Positions 24,501 through 39,500 of a stretch of 64,000 nucleotides of DNA are shown piece after piece. Each line of letters starts with the position of its first letter. Within the stretch, counting starts at the first letter, position 1. The notes below the pieces were generated by a model, which was not told where the DNA came from, made no database searches, and saw only the letters and a program-made list of their open reading frames with translations. The translations under genes and the position numbers were made by a program. Origin of the DNA: Ylistrum balloti (Eukaryota); contig NW_026781876.1 in the NCBI RefSeq assembly GCF_031769215.1, positions 1,054,001-1,118,000 of the forward strand, in the 5' to 3' direction.

Positions 24501-27500
24501 GGGTTTGCCTGAAAATTTATCATTGAAAGTTTGAAATATACATAAAGAAGACTTCATGTCCAGTTTGTGGTGACATAGACATTCTAATTCAACGTTTATG
24601 ATACACGACTCAGAACTTAGAAACATGATAATATTACACCACAACGAGGACTCACTGAGACACTGTCCATATTTTAAGGACAATTAAAAAAATTCATGAA
24701 TCCACAAGATATTGTCATTACATCAAATCAAGAAAATGTTCTTATCATCAACAAACATGTCGAAAAAAAGAATCAGTACAGTTTGGTAAAATTTAATCAA
24801 AATTAAATTTCGAACAGTTTTAATGATTATGTCTCATTTAAAACTTAAACGGGTTAATTCCAAATCAAAGAGAATTTTTTGATAACAGATCGGAGTATGA
24901 TTTGCTTACATGTTGATTTTACGTTATGAAATCGGGTAGTCTACAACAAAGATATTTGATTCCATTTAAATACATACCTGACACAACTCCCTCAAAAACG
25001 ACCTTACTGCCCTCCGCAGCCGTGATGTTTTTCAGCGGCTGGAGGAACTTAGGAGGGATTGGCACAGCAATTGTCAGATCCACCGGCTTGAAGGTGGGCG
25101 GCACGTCTGTCTTGAGAGTGGTAGCGTAATGTTCCGTTGCTCCGATCATTGGTACAGGCTCTGCGTCGGACACATCTGTCAGGATGGTGGTCGAATGAGA
25201 CTCGTATGATGGTATATATGTGTCTCTTTGTGTCGACTCAAATATGTGCTTGACATGTGTTTCGGTTGTTGTTGTTTCCGTACGAGACACACGTTTGGAC
25301 CTGATAACAACAATGCCATTAGTTTATATCACAAACATAAAAATATAAAAATCAAAAGCATCAAACTTTAATTTTAAACAATGATTAAATTTTCAAAATA
25401 ATCATATAAATACCTTCAAAATTAAACAGCTCCAAACAAAATTAAACTCTCTGTTAGTATTCTGAAATTTATGCACATCAATATTCAACCCTTTCTATGG
25501 TATTCTGTTATTTTAGTATAAAAATGCTTTTTAAATACTTACAACATCTCGGTGTTTCCAAATATTCTTGTTTTAGGTATAGTTGGTTCTTCGTCTACAT
25601 TCAGACAAGCTGAGCAAGTTGCCTTGCCCGATGGGTTCTCGGCAGTAATGGAGAAGCGTCCCGCATCCTCATCGAACACCTCCGGGATGTGTAATCTGTA
25701 CTTGCTTGACTCCATGGAGATTTGGTAATCACGGGAAACAACAGGTTCCCCATTGAAGTACCATGTGACCTGGAGACACATAAAAAGATTTGCTGTACAA
25801 TTTCATATAGATTTATATCTGAATACCAACACTACATTTATAATATCACCCTTATCATGCCCTTTTAAGTCCAGGTTAATAATTGTGACATTGTTTAATG
25901 TAAACATGACTTTCAAGCGGTTTTATTTTTTCGGTGTTTTCAGGAATAGACAAAAAAAACCAACATAAAATTAATGAAGAAAACAGAGTTTCTTGACTGA
26001 GTGAAAAATATCAGTTTGAATCAGGCTTTTTTGCTAAATCTACACAAATTAAAACATCAATGACGACACAATTCAATTAAACCATGCTCACTTCTCTATT
26101 TCTTTGGTGTAGCCATGCCCCTTTCCCAGTCAATTGCCTTGATTTCACCCTGCCCTTCAACCATGTTTACCTTACTTCAGCTATGTCTCCTTACCCTAAT
26201 TCCCTTAAATAAACCATGCCCCCTTGTATATTACCTCGATTTAGGCACACCCTCTTCCTGAGAAATTTCTTTGATTTAACCACGCCCCCGAGCTTTGGTG
26301 AAACTCCCTTTGTTTCTCATCTTTTACACTTACATTTGAAAACACACACCTGATGTGATTTCCTTACCTTTGGTTTAGGACTGCCAGTAATTACGCATTC
26401 AAATGTGACGTTGTCCCCGGCATTGACAGTCATGTCTTGGAAGAGTTTCTGGAACTCTGGCGGTGATTGTTCCAAACCATCCTCACGTTTGACGATCATG
26501 TTGGACTCCTTTGTTTCCACCACGCGTCGGATACGCATCACCTCAGCCTCCTGGATTGGCTGAGTTGGAGCCTTCACCGACAGCTTGGCGTAACATTTTG
26601 CCTCACCAGCAAGGTTCGTAGCACGAACCATGTAGTTTCCAGTATCTTCCTCAAATGTCTCGGGAATCGTCAGATTGTGAACGTCAGCAAAGGCAGTAAC
26701 CTTAAAAACATTATAGTATTACATTATCAACACACTTTCACAAGACACAGAAATTCTATGAGTCACACAATCAGTGTTCATATCGTGAGTAGCTGATATC
26801 AGTAAACCAGAAACCTTATACCAGGATCTACCGGAAAGTCGCCCAGGGCGGTTAAATGAAAAATCATGAAAATTTTAACAAAAAAAAGGGACAAAATAAG
26901 CACTAAGGGCCGATATGGTTGGTTGAGTATTCTTTGATTTTGTGGACTGATCATAAACCTTTGGCGTGTCAACATGCAAAGTATACCACAGGATCAGATA
27001 TTCAATGTGATTAGTTATAATCACCTGATAATCAGGACTGTTTTCAATGAGTTTGTTGTCCTTGTACCACTGGATGTCTGGGACGGGATGACCTGTCACC
27101 CGACATTGCAGACACACACGGTGACCAATTGGGATCGACAAGTCACGCAACAATTGCGTGAACTTCGGGGCAGCAACTTCTCCACATGAGGCGTCGCTCA
27201 ACTCACTTAATGCTGAAACCAACAACATCAAATACTGTACAGCATATATGCACATCATGTTAATTTTCAAGGCTCGTCTTCATTTATTTAACACTGTAAA
27301 TCATCATTCATGCTCAAATAGCAATTAATAATTCAGGATTCATGCATGAATGTTCAGGTTACTTTTGTGATAGTTTGGTAAAAACACCTTGCCATTTTGA
27401 TTACTTTCCTACCTGCTAATATCTATCCAAAAAAAATTATAATAAATATGTAATTCGAAATAAAATGCACTTTCTCAGATTTTTAATATTCTTTTCCTTT

Positions 27501-30500
27501 TTTTCCCCTCAACGTAAATAGAATTATTTAACCCTGAAGTTTAACTTACGTTCTACATGGAGTTTACAGACGCTCTCAGCCTCGCCTTGCTGGTTACGTG
27601 CCAAACAGCGATATAGACCGCTGTCCTCTAGATAAGCCTCACGGATACTCAGTGTACATCGGTCACCCTCGAACAGCAGCTGGATATCCTTAGACTCTTT
27701 CACTGGTTTGTCTTTTCGAAACCAGATCACCTAGGCAACAAAACAGGGAGATAACTAACATCTGATTTCAAAACAAACACAAAAAAATCTAAGTGATTAT
27801 CACCTGTAGCAGAAAACTTTATACATTTATTCAGAGAAATTATGTATATCAAAAGAACACTAAATCAATAGCATTTTGTTAAATTTTCATATAGATTTAA
27901 CATACAAGTTGTATTCTAAGTATTCTATACTTGTTTCAGGTAACAGCATGTTTTCAAAGTAAGATTTAGATGCATACCTCTGGTTCCGGGTGACCGGTTA
28001 TCACACAGTCTAATCGAACACGACTTCCTTCCATGACCTCACGTGCTGGGGCCAGGGGCTGCATGAAACTTGGTTTCTGGGGCTCTGCTTCCAATGATGC
28101 AATAGACATCTCCTCACTGAGACAATAAAGACAAAACATCACTCAATTTTAATTGGTCAAACATGTATATTGTGTTACAAGACTATCAAAAAAAGTATTT
28201 TATAAACTTAATAAATTCCTGCAAACTCGATCGATATGTTCCTTTATGTACATTTCTTTCTCCTTGTCCCAGGAAAAACGTTTTCTGTATTTTTACGATC
28301 TGTTATATTTTATTTTCTTGTCACATATTTTTTCAGACTTTTTAATCAACTGATCATTCCTCTTTAGCAGACAGCTCCATTCTCAAAGTGATTATGTTGC
28401 ACAAGATGTCAGTACTTACGCTGCACTAGAGTAGAAGTTTTCTACGTTGACCTGACAAGTTCTGTGAGTCTCGCCAGCTGTGTTCTGAAGCGTGACCTTA
28501 TAGGTCCCAGAATCCTCAGTATATGCTTCAGTGATTTCTAATACTGATCTGTTTAGCTCTATGGTGATCTGTGAAAAGCCAATACATCTTATTTCATATA
28601 AAACATTTTTGTACAAAAACAAAATGAGAATGAAAAGACTTCTTTGCATGAAATACGTTTGGAAAGTTATCAGATCAGCTAATTCAAAATTATCTACTCA
28701 AGTGCTTCATCGTAGAAACATACCGCCGAAATATCTTGCCTCTAGACCTTTTAGTTCATGGGAAGAAGCCGTTTAAAGGTTTTAACAAATCTGACCCCTG
28801 TGACCTTGAATATAGGTTAAGGTCATTTCTTTTCGCAAACTTTCATAGCATTTGGTCCATATATTATTGAGAAGAAGTTGTTTAAAGGATAAAGTTGACA
28901 CTGGATGATGGGCACTGTGCAACAGCATAAAAAGATTAATACAAATCAAAACAAATCAAATAGTTTCTCTATATAACCGAGAAACTTCTCAAAATAATGA
29001 AAACAAAGAATGAAATCTCAAGCCAACCTTCTTCAACTTGCTAATTCACATTGAACTGTACAAACCTTATACACAGAGCTTGGTGAGATGCGATCATCAT
29101 TTCGATACCATGTGACCTCTGGGGTCGGTGAGCCTGAGAAGATAATTTCCAGTTTGACGCTTTTGCCCTCAGGGATGTTGACGTCTTCCGACATACTGTG
29201 AATAACTGGTTTCTCAAGAGCTGTGAAAAGGTAATAAACATTTACTGACTATTTCTCTTTAACACTCGCTTTTACTTTCAGCATTTAATTTTGTATTGAT
29301 TATTTGTTTTGTATTAAAACATGAAACCTTTAGATGTTGGGTTTTAATTCTGGAATTCATAAACCTCTATATTTTGAAGCCATTGCTTTCAAAAATTGTA
29401 AACTGAATTTTATAAGATTTCGAAAATAAATGATATACTTGAAAAAAAAATTCTCATCATGGGTTTTGGAAAAAAAACTGTGGAAAAATTTACATCCAGT
29501 ATGATTTAATGTCACAATAAAAACTAAAAATAGAACATTCTGAATATTTCTGGAATCAACAGATTGTACATGCTAACAGGAACAGCAATTTGTGACCTGG
29601 TCACTGTTTAGGCTTAAACATAATAGACCAGCCTTGATAGAGCAGGGCATTCACAGGTCTGTTAGCTGATTACAGAGACACTGGGAGGTTATATAGTAAA
29701 GGCATTAGGTACAGAGAGGCAAGGGAGACAACTCAGACAGCAGGATAACAAACAGAAACAGAAAAGAAAATGGATTTTTTTTTTTGTTGATTTTAAAAAG
29801 AGTTGGAGACATGCCTATATTGAAAAAATAAACAAAATGGATTTTCAAAATGTCGATAGCGAATGAAAATAAGAGTAAACAATAATTAAGACTATAAAAA
29901 AAAATGGCATGCATGATTTTTATCAATTTGAAAACATAGACTGTAATAAAGTAGCATCTGTTGCTGTTGAAAAACTACAAGAAACAGATGAAACCATGCT
30001 TTTCCCAGTTCTGATTTATACAGGCTACATGGAAAGACAGCTGATCCAACCAGACTGACAAACCAAAATGGCAGCCTACAATGAATCATGCCGTAAATGT
30101 AAACTGCTGGTAACAAACATGCCAATTCAAACAACACGAGGGATGACAAGAAAAGGAAAAGATGAACAAAAAGGTTGCATATCAACCATGCCAGAATCAG
30201 AAAGAGGCTTACGGATGACAGTGAGGCGGGCTGATGAAGAAGCCTCGCCGCCTGGGTTGTTGGCCTGACATGTGTAACGGGCATTATGACTGCGAAGCAC
30301 TTTACGCATCTTGAGACAACATGTGCCGTTGATTTTAGTAATGACATACTCAGGAGAGCTGTCAATGTTAATATCATCTTTGTACCACGAAATCGTGGGG
30401 GACGGGATTCCCGTCACATGACATTCGAAAGCAAAAGAACCGCTTTCTAACACATCCACTGACTTCAGGTTACGAGTGAAGTCAGGGGGGATTATCTGTT

Positions 30501-33500
30501 GGTGTGTTTCTGAAAGAGTATTACAACCGCTGCATCAGAAATAATGTTAAAAGAGGAAAAAATGACAGAACAACAGAAAGAACATATAAAGACTGACGTT
30601 CGAATTCCGAACAAAAAAGTATCCGAAAGTAAACTAAGGCTTAAAAAAATAGTTAAGTAGATATATGGATGAATATTCCCATTCAAATTTGTCATATTTT
30701 CAACAAAATAAATTAAATACTGAAATGATGGAGCATTAAAATGCATCTTTACTACCAAGAGGCCATATTTAAAATAATGCACAAATGTAAAAAAATTACG
30801 TAGTTCATAAAACCATACAACAAAAAAAGATAATGCCTAATTGTAAAATGGAATCAGTTCTGGACGGAATTTTTGTAAAAATTTTCTTCTTTCATCGTAT
30901 TTTTTCATTTTTCAGTGTTTGTTTTTTGTAATTACATGGTAAGGAGGATCTGTAGGTTGGGCAATAGGAGGAATGGACAGAGCAGACTGTCAAAAAGGGA
31001 GCTAACTCTGTGATCAACCTTACCTCTAACATGTAAATATGATGAACTTTCGGCAACTCCGACTTCGTTAGTAAAACGACAGGTGTATCGGGCTGTGTCC
31101 TCAGAGAATGTTTCCTCAATGGTCAAGGTCGCACACCCAAGATTAAACTTGGTCTCATAGTCAGGGCTGTTAAGGGGCAGGTTGTCCTTGTACCATGTGA
31201 CCTCTGGTGGGAGTTCACTTTGTACTTGACATTCCAATGTGACCCTACAAAAGAAGTGAAGATTAATTATTTTTTCTGGTTGCCATGGTATTATAAATTA
31301 CACCTCAAAATGACATCATGCTGATTAAGATCGTGATTATTGTTACAATAGAAATGATATCTTACTTTTCACCCTCCATCACTTCTGCGTCCCTGAGATG
31401 CAGCGTGATTTTCGGTGGTTGCTTGGCAACAGCAGCAGATGCTGTCACGGTAACCTCCATGGGAACAACATCCTCTTGGACTGGTGGCGCCATCTGAATG
31501 TAATAATAATTGGTTAGCTATAACTCCCAACACTTCCATGGACAACTGCACCATTTATGAGATAACGGATATAGTTAGTAAATTATGTCGATTTTGAGAA
31601 AATCCATCAGACGATGACGTTTGGCTCAAGATTAAATCTTTTAACTATAATACTACAAGCCCTTCTAGTTACTAACCTGGTTGGTAAGGAAATGCATTAG
31701 CAATGTTAGTAGATATTACACCAAGCCAAGTGACTTTTAGCCAGGAAAAACTTATCAAATTCAAAAGAATAAAAGTTAGGAGAGTTAGAAAAGCTTAAAA
31801 ATGGAAATCTCCTTGGAAAAGACATTGAGGTATTGTTGGAGGGTTTCTTATTTTCAATGGTTCAAATTTCTGCTGTTTTTATGAAAAGCTTAAAGCAAAA
31901 TGACGCATTTTCCTAGACATCATGTTATTAACATAGTTTCTAAATGGCAAGTTATTCTCAAAAATGGCAAAACTCCTACGAACAATTCTAGATTGTGAAC
32001 CATCTCAACCTGTCTATTTACATCTGTATGACACTTCCATGGCTGGAGTTCACAAACTGAACACACTTGCAAAAATTCCGCACATCTATGTATTACACGC
32101 CATACAAGGAACTGACCTGTGCCTGTACCAGAGTTTGGTGTATTTTGGCGATCTCGGCATCCATCTGTTGGGCAGACGTCATCAGATCCTGGTTACTGAC
32201 AAAGAGGTGATGAACCTTGGTTGGTCCTTCATTACCGTACAGCTCTACAGCTAGCTCTGATATGTGTTTCAGCCGGTCTTCCTGTCGAGGTTTACCCGTC
32301 TCCATGAAAGAGTTGAGCGAGCGTGCGAGAGTTTCCGCATCCTCTGGATTACGGCACTCCGGCGTACGCCGACTGATGTTGATCAGAAGGGTGTTTCCCT
32401 CCCGAATCCATTGCTCTGACTGAAAACGTAAGATAAACTTATGGATAACTAGCATAATAATGTGTTCACAATTCTTACATATTTATCAAAACACCAAACA
32501 TTTTATAGAAAATACTGTGACCTTCTTTAAAAATATCTATTTGGTAGTCCTTTAGCATATACATAAAAACTGACTTAGAGTTTGAAATATGCTGACATGT
32601 TGGTATCTTGTTGTTTCCGTCAACTTGGGTTTTTAGTATAGTATAACAGTAACAGAGCTAGCCATCATTTCTATCGCAGAAATCAAAGATATCGATAAAT
32701 GTTATGTGATAATTTTAATGGATGTTATAAGGTAAGCAGGGCCGATACATTTGATCCTAAATGAGTTTACCTCTTCTATAAGGGTGAAGTATGTGATGGA
32801 AACATCGAGTAACATGCGGTAGTTGCCAACACTCGTATGGAATGTGCTCCATTTCGTCTTCAGAAGATCAATTTCGCGTCCTATATGGATCGCGTCATAA
32901 TGTTGGTCCTGTACCATCACCTGTGCAGTGCTGGTGAACATATCGATCTTCTTCTCTATCAACTGATGGATCAAACAAACAACATATCAGTGAATCAAAC
33001 AAAACATAAGCCAGTTTATACTGTGAGCAGTGATAGCACCAACAATCCAGTTAAGGCGACAATTTCGCTTAAAATAACATACTATCCTCTATTTTATTAA
33101 ATATAAATATTGTTTTTATGGATTCCATACCTGAACAGTCATTTCAAACTGTTTGAAGGCCTGTGATGTCATACGGGCAGCTGGTAGTGAGTTACCATAG
33201 CTACCGCGCCGGGCCTGGAGATGATGGTGGAGGTCATCAATCTCGGAGTGGATCTGGAATACAAGATATTAGAAATGAGGAAATGACAAAAATGCAACCA
33301 AGGTAATTTATGCCTGAAATTGCCATAAACTTAAATAGAAATAATTCCCTATAGTAATGTTACTATCAATTTGGGCCAGGACTTGACGAGATAGGACCTT
33401 CTATGAAGAGGGCAAAAATAAAAAAAATGAAAATTTAAAAAAAAAGGTCTTGAAAATGTAATAAAGAAATTGCCTAAATTTCTGAATAAAGTATGCATCA

Positions 33501-36500
33501 CCATATGGTCACCATTATAAGACAAATGTCAGAAATAAATGCAAAAACAGTCGAGAAGTGATCTAACCTGTCTGAGATCATAGTTAAATTGACAGATCTG
33601 GAGGTTCTGCTTGAGTCGTTTCTCTTGTTCCTCCCATGCTTGGTTCCACCTCTGCTTGTACTCGGCGGTCACCATGAGGACACGCTCCACATCCTCCTGT
33701 GCTGCTGCCTCAGCATCCTGCAAAAGGTCAACATTATAGGGTTAATGGTCATAAAATTACATGACAACAATATCTGACCATTAAATTTTCACTGTGATTT
33801 TTTTTAAGCCTTTCTGAAAATCAGCATTAAAATACACATCACTGAAACTTTTCATCCACTGTAAAAGGTATTAACATATTTACCGTTTGTCGTACACGGA
33901 CGACAATTTTCTCTCCCTCGCCTGAGGTGAAGTTTATGAGTGAGGAGACTTCTTTCTGTTTACGTTTGTGCTCCTCCAACAAACTCTCGGCAAGCGAAAG
34001 GTCAGATGGCAGTTCTGACTGAGTGTATTCCTTCTCTGTCTTCTCAATTAACTTGTCCAACTGAAAACACAGTTAACTCCTCATCAAATTAAAATCAAAC
34101 TCATAAATGCATATTGATTTCAAATAACACATTGCGAAGTACATCATCTTTCACAGCTTCCCTCACATTCTCACTTTTATTTAGCAAATTTCACATATGG
34201 AAGTTTCAGTTTGAGATATGTATCAATTTCTAATTATTCAAGCAAAGAGAGATTTGAAGTAATTATTTATGAAATATTATATTAATGTTTGATAATTTAA
34301 ACACTGATCTATTTATCCTGACAACTGAATTTTAATGTTCAGGCCAGCTACTGTCAATCAATTCATTAACAAGAAATGAGCGAAGATCTTGCCCTTCATT
34401 ACTGAGCCAGACAGAGAGAATATCATTTCAGTTCTAACTGACTATTATAAATCTGCAGTCCAACGTTAACTTCAGATATATGAAACCATTCTGCGTGACT
34501 ATATCCGAATAATGATACATACCTGGTCCAAGTTACGGAAGAACTGAATGGTCATCTTAATGAGTATGCGATACTCATGTATGCGCGCCTGGAAGCGCTG
34601 CCGAACCTTGACAAGCTCGTTGACAATCATGTCTTTTTGTCCTTTGGTATCTCCCTTCATTTCCATAAGCTCAGCGGTACTAAGATGCTTGTCAAGTTCT
34701 TCAATAGCACTCTGTAATCATGTCAACATGAGGTCACAACTGGGGTCGCAATTGGGGGTCACAACAGGGGTAACAACTGATGTCTATATAAATTTCAGTC
34801 ACATAAAAATAGAACAATGTTCCTTACCTGATTTTGCTTTCCAAAAATTGCCTCAAGATAAAAACCTTGAACTTTTTAATTGGATTTATATTTATTCCTT
34901 TGAAACGTTTTCATTAGCTTTGTAATATTTGATGTATCTACGACATAATTTCATCTCATTTTATTAAAGCTTTTAAACAATTTAGAACAAAAATCACCCA
35001 AACATTTAGCAGACATTAACAAATAAAACATCTGGCTGATGACGTTTTTCAAAATACCAAAACCTTTTTCTTAAGTTTTAGATTTTAAAAATAATATGAA
35101 AAGAACTTAAGGAAAAAACACTCGTAATTCAATGAACATACCTGTTGGTTTTGAATCAGAATAGAACTTTTCCGTGAAATAAATATTCACAAAGAAAGAT
35201 CAAGTATATAATTAATAAGAATAGGAAACAGGTTTTAAGACGATCACTACAAAAAGTCTTGTCTAAGTTTACAGCCAGACAATTTTATTCAAACTGATAT
35301 AAATATCTATACATTACACACAAAACATCCACAATTACATGTAAGATATATATATACATAGAAAAATTTAGAAAAGTTTATCAAAAGGAGATGAGGAGGG
35401 AATTCAAAAGGAAGATATGATTTTCCAATGGCAGAAATGCAGTTTGACAATTCAAAGGATAGAGGGTGAAAAACAACAAAGAAAAGTGTACTTCCATTCC
35501 AGATCAGAACCTGGGAGATGGGGTAGAAATGTGGGAAAGACTTGAAGATTACAACACCTACACACCACAACAACTTATCAAGAGGTACAGACTCAATAAA
35601 GAAATGTCAAATAGTACAGCGAGGTAAATGAGTACAAAAAGGTCATGCAGATTTTGGGGTATAATCCTCGTATCCTCACAATAATCAGTAGGGGAGTTTT
35701 TACTCACCAAAATGGATAGGAAAGGAAAAGTTTTGATTTTATCAAATAAATGCAGCTTTACACTGCAGATAATCTAATATTGATGTTTCCTCAAAATATC
35801 TGAGACACCAATTTCTAACCAAGTCATCTTTGGAAACTAAAATTGGGCATCTAGGGAAAATAGCAGGAAAACTCATAAACTAAAACACAAAAATAAAAAC
35901 AAAGTAAATAAAAGAAAAAGTTTCAAAATTCAAGTCAGATATCAAAAACTGACCATTCAGGATCAGGTGAAAATGTTTTTTTTTTCATTTTCCATTTTTG
36001 AATTTTCAGAAAATGATGTTCTGTCATCCCAAAATTGCAGCAATTACCTTAAATGCTGGTGTAAAATCATCAATTTTTTTCTGCAAATCTTCAGCCGATG
36101 TTGTAGAGTTACCTAGGTAACCGGCTATATTTGGGAAGAAGAATTCGTTCTCGGTCGTCATGACCCGATCTATGGTCTACAATGTGAGGACAAGAGATAA
36201 CAGGTGTTAAACTGACCAACCAATCAAACAACACTAACAATTTTCCTGCAATACCAGCTTTGGGGGCCACCAAGAGGCACAATAGATTTGTCTAGTGATT
36301 GAAGCATCCAATATATTTTTCACCCTTGTTACAGGACCTCAATTCACAGCTCTCAGAATATTGGGATGGGTTTTTTTTTTTTTCAAATGTGAAAAATTTT
36401 GAATATCAAATTTAACGGAAATTCTGGAAAATTGAAAAATTTAACGGAGAAAATAATTTTCTGTATAGATCTAAATCTTAATGAGTATACTAAAATCTGA

Positions 36501-39500
36501 ATGTAGTTAAGGAGAGGACTATTTTCCAGGAAACATCTGTTGAAAGCGAAAGGCAAAATTAGTGAAGCCAATATTGTATACAAATCACAGACATTTCAGG
36601 CACACAAAAAGCAATACTGACGGAGACTTATTACAAAGTCCACAGTCAGCTCTGATACAACAGGAAAACCGTCACCCAACTATAGATATACACATTAGGT
36701 ACCTCGAATGTAGGGGTAAACTCATCGAGTCTGTGCTGGAATTCATTGGCCGTCTCTATGGATGTACCCAAGTCCCCGCCAATTACGGGGAAAAAGTCGT
36801 TCTCAATTTTCAAAACCCAATCTATTGTCTGAAAAATATAACAATCTCCTATAAATTTCATTTTCACTGCCATATTTTTTCAGTCTTTGCACTGCTGGCA
36901 AAAAGCTGGCAGATTTCAACAAAGGAATCAAACAGAGTGACTTTATATAAATAATTGCATTTTAGTTTAAAGCAGCTATGTTAAAATCTATTATCTATTA
37001 ATCCTAAAAGTCAAAATTTGCTATGAAATTTGTCACCAAACACAGGTATTAGTATAAAAGCAAGTTTTAAAGTCTCTACAACACCCATGTTATTTTTGTT
37101 AAGCAAAATGGAGAACAACTTTTTCGCCGTTATCATTTTCTTGTGAGAAAGCAAAGTTGGGAGTTCCTTCTTGACTGCAATTTACTAACAAAATCTAATT
37201 AAGTCATCCTTCTTATGTCAATATAATTCTGAAAAGTTGAAAAATCAGTTCAATATATCTTGCTAAAACCATCCATACATTAGACATGCAAAAAGGTGTT
37301 CTCTTATATCAAGTATATATATTGAACAACATACTGCAAATCTGTTATTTTAGTGAACATCTTATTTTCAACTGTTAATCTACTGTCTTACCATGGAAGT
37401 ATGTTCATGACAGTAAAAACCATTAAAATTTTAGCTAAACTTATCAAATTGTAGCCTGTTGGTCAAATACTCAAAAGCTTAATAAGCTGTTGCAACACTT
37501 TTGAAAATTTACTAAAAATTATCCAAACATTTTGAAAATCAATTACAACATTAAGACATAAAAACTTTTCTTTTCAAACTTAAACTAAATGAAAATACTG
37601 AGACAGCTGGTTATTGAAGTTTGAAGATTTTGAATTTCCTTTCCAGTGAAACAAAATTAACCATATGTTGGTATAGTATGACATAGTCAACAGCTTATTC
37701 ATGTATAGGATTTTAGAAACTAATTCTTGTTAATTATCTATGTTAAACTATTACAAAAGTTTTTTAATCATGATTTTTACATAAAAAAGCAATAAAAGAG
37801 AAGACTTTTCCACTGAAATAAAAACGATGTTACCATATTTATCCTACAATAGACCCAACAAGCCAACACATCACAGGCACCATTTTTTTAAAAGTTCAAA
37901 CTTCAGCAGTTTTATTACATCAATATAAATGGTTGGCTGATTACCAGGCATGGGCTTATTACCGGGCATGGGCTTATTACCGGGCATGGGCTTATTGCCA
38001 GACAGATACAGTAAATTAAACAAAAGTTACTGTAACATAACTACAACCATTACCTACAGGTTAGACATGTACAATGTTAAACTTCAGCTATCATACGGCT
38101 GTTCATTATCTATGTAACAGTATATTCAATTTCAATTTTTTTACAAAGTGTCGTAAATTTGAAACCATACTGACAATGTATCCCATCATACCTTGCGGGC
38201 ATCCTGGACGAACTGATGCCACTGTGATTTGAACTGACGACTGGTGGATACCTTCTGTTGCCATGACTCCCACACCGTCTTTATGTAGTTCATACGTTCA
38301 CTGTATTCAGCGACTATCTTCTCCACAGTGAGGACAGACTCCTTTACGTTCAGCGTTGAGTCATCTGTAACCTGTAATTTTTTATAAGAAATTAGGTGAC
38401 GAAGCATGCAGCTTTTAAACTTCAACTACAGGCAAAAGTTATTAGAAACCTATACTCCTTATATAAATAATGTTTATACATGTTTATGGAAATCAATCAT
38501 TATCTTATTTATTTTTTTAACAGGTTGGATGTTTGCTATTACAGCCCTTCAGCATATATGTTGTTAGGAGATGTACAGAAGCCTGTACTTGAGAGACTGG
38601 GCTGCAGTATCTGTCAAAACACCCTTCACTGTGTGCTTGATAAGATTTATATAACAAGTATTCAATAAAATGTTCTATTTTTACCTTAATGTAATAATTT
38701 ATAACAAGAGGCCCATGGGCCTTAACGGTCATCTGACATAAAATTTTGAACTTGAGAAGAAGTTAAAAATGTGTTTTCAAGATGGCAGCCATTTTGGATT
38801 TCGGACCAACCCGAAATTAACAAACTTTAGTCAGGATCATGTCACGATCATTTCAGGTAAGTTTCAGCTCAATGAGACATGTAGAACTTAAGAAATTGAA
38901 AATGTTTACGACTGACGACATACGACGTACGACGCCGGACAAAAGGCGATCACAATAGGTCATCAGACCCTTCGGTCAGATGACCTAAAAATGCTTTACT
39001 GTGAAGAATTCTGAAAATATCTTAATGTGGAATTATTCTAGAAATGTCTTAACATTTAAGAAGTCTGGAAAGTGTCCTAATTCTTGAACTATTTGATTTG
39101 TGTCTAATAATTCTGAAAATGTTGTAGAATTATGTCTTACTGTAGAAGAATTCTGGAAGAATAATTTTCCTTTGTCTTGCACTTCATTGTACAGTTGGCT
39201 GAGCTTTGTGTACATTTCCTCTGTATGGCGCATAGCTTGGTCGGTGAGATCGTGCAAATTCTCAGTCTCCGACGTCAGAATGTGTTCTAGCCCACTCATG
39301 CTAGTAGTTAGCTGTAACAAGTCAAACAAAGATGATATCATTATATGTCCTCATGTTTCTATAGATAATCTATATGTATAAGCTGAACAACATATTATCA
39401 TGTAGTCTTTCAGTTAGCATTCAATAGCAATTATTTCATCACCGTAATTATTATGTTACCGACAAAAAAAAAACACATACTTATGTGTACAATTTCATTG

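Noticed and set aside
29892-30377. 161-aa hydrophobic minus-strand ORF
   Set aside because: An off-frame overlap of exon 23 running into U-rich intron; composition artefact.
35400-35630. Plus-strand peptide LEDYNTYTPQQLIKRYRLNKE, reminiscent of a Harbinger/HARBI1 N-terminus
   Set aside because: Too short, stop-interrupted, with no DDE core or TIRs; a tBLASTn against Repbase would be needed.
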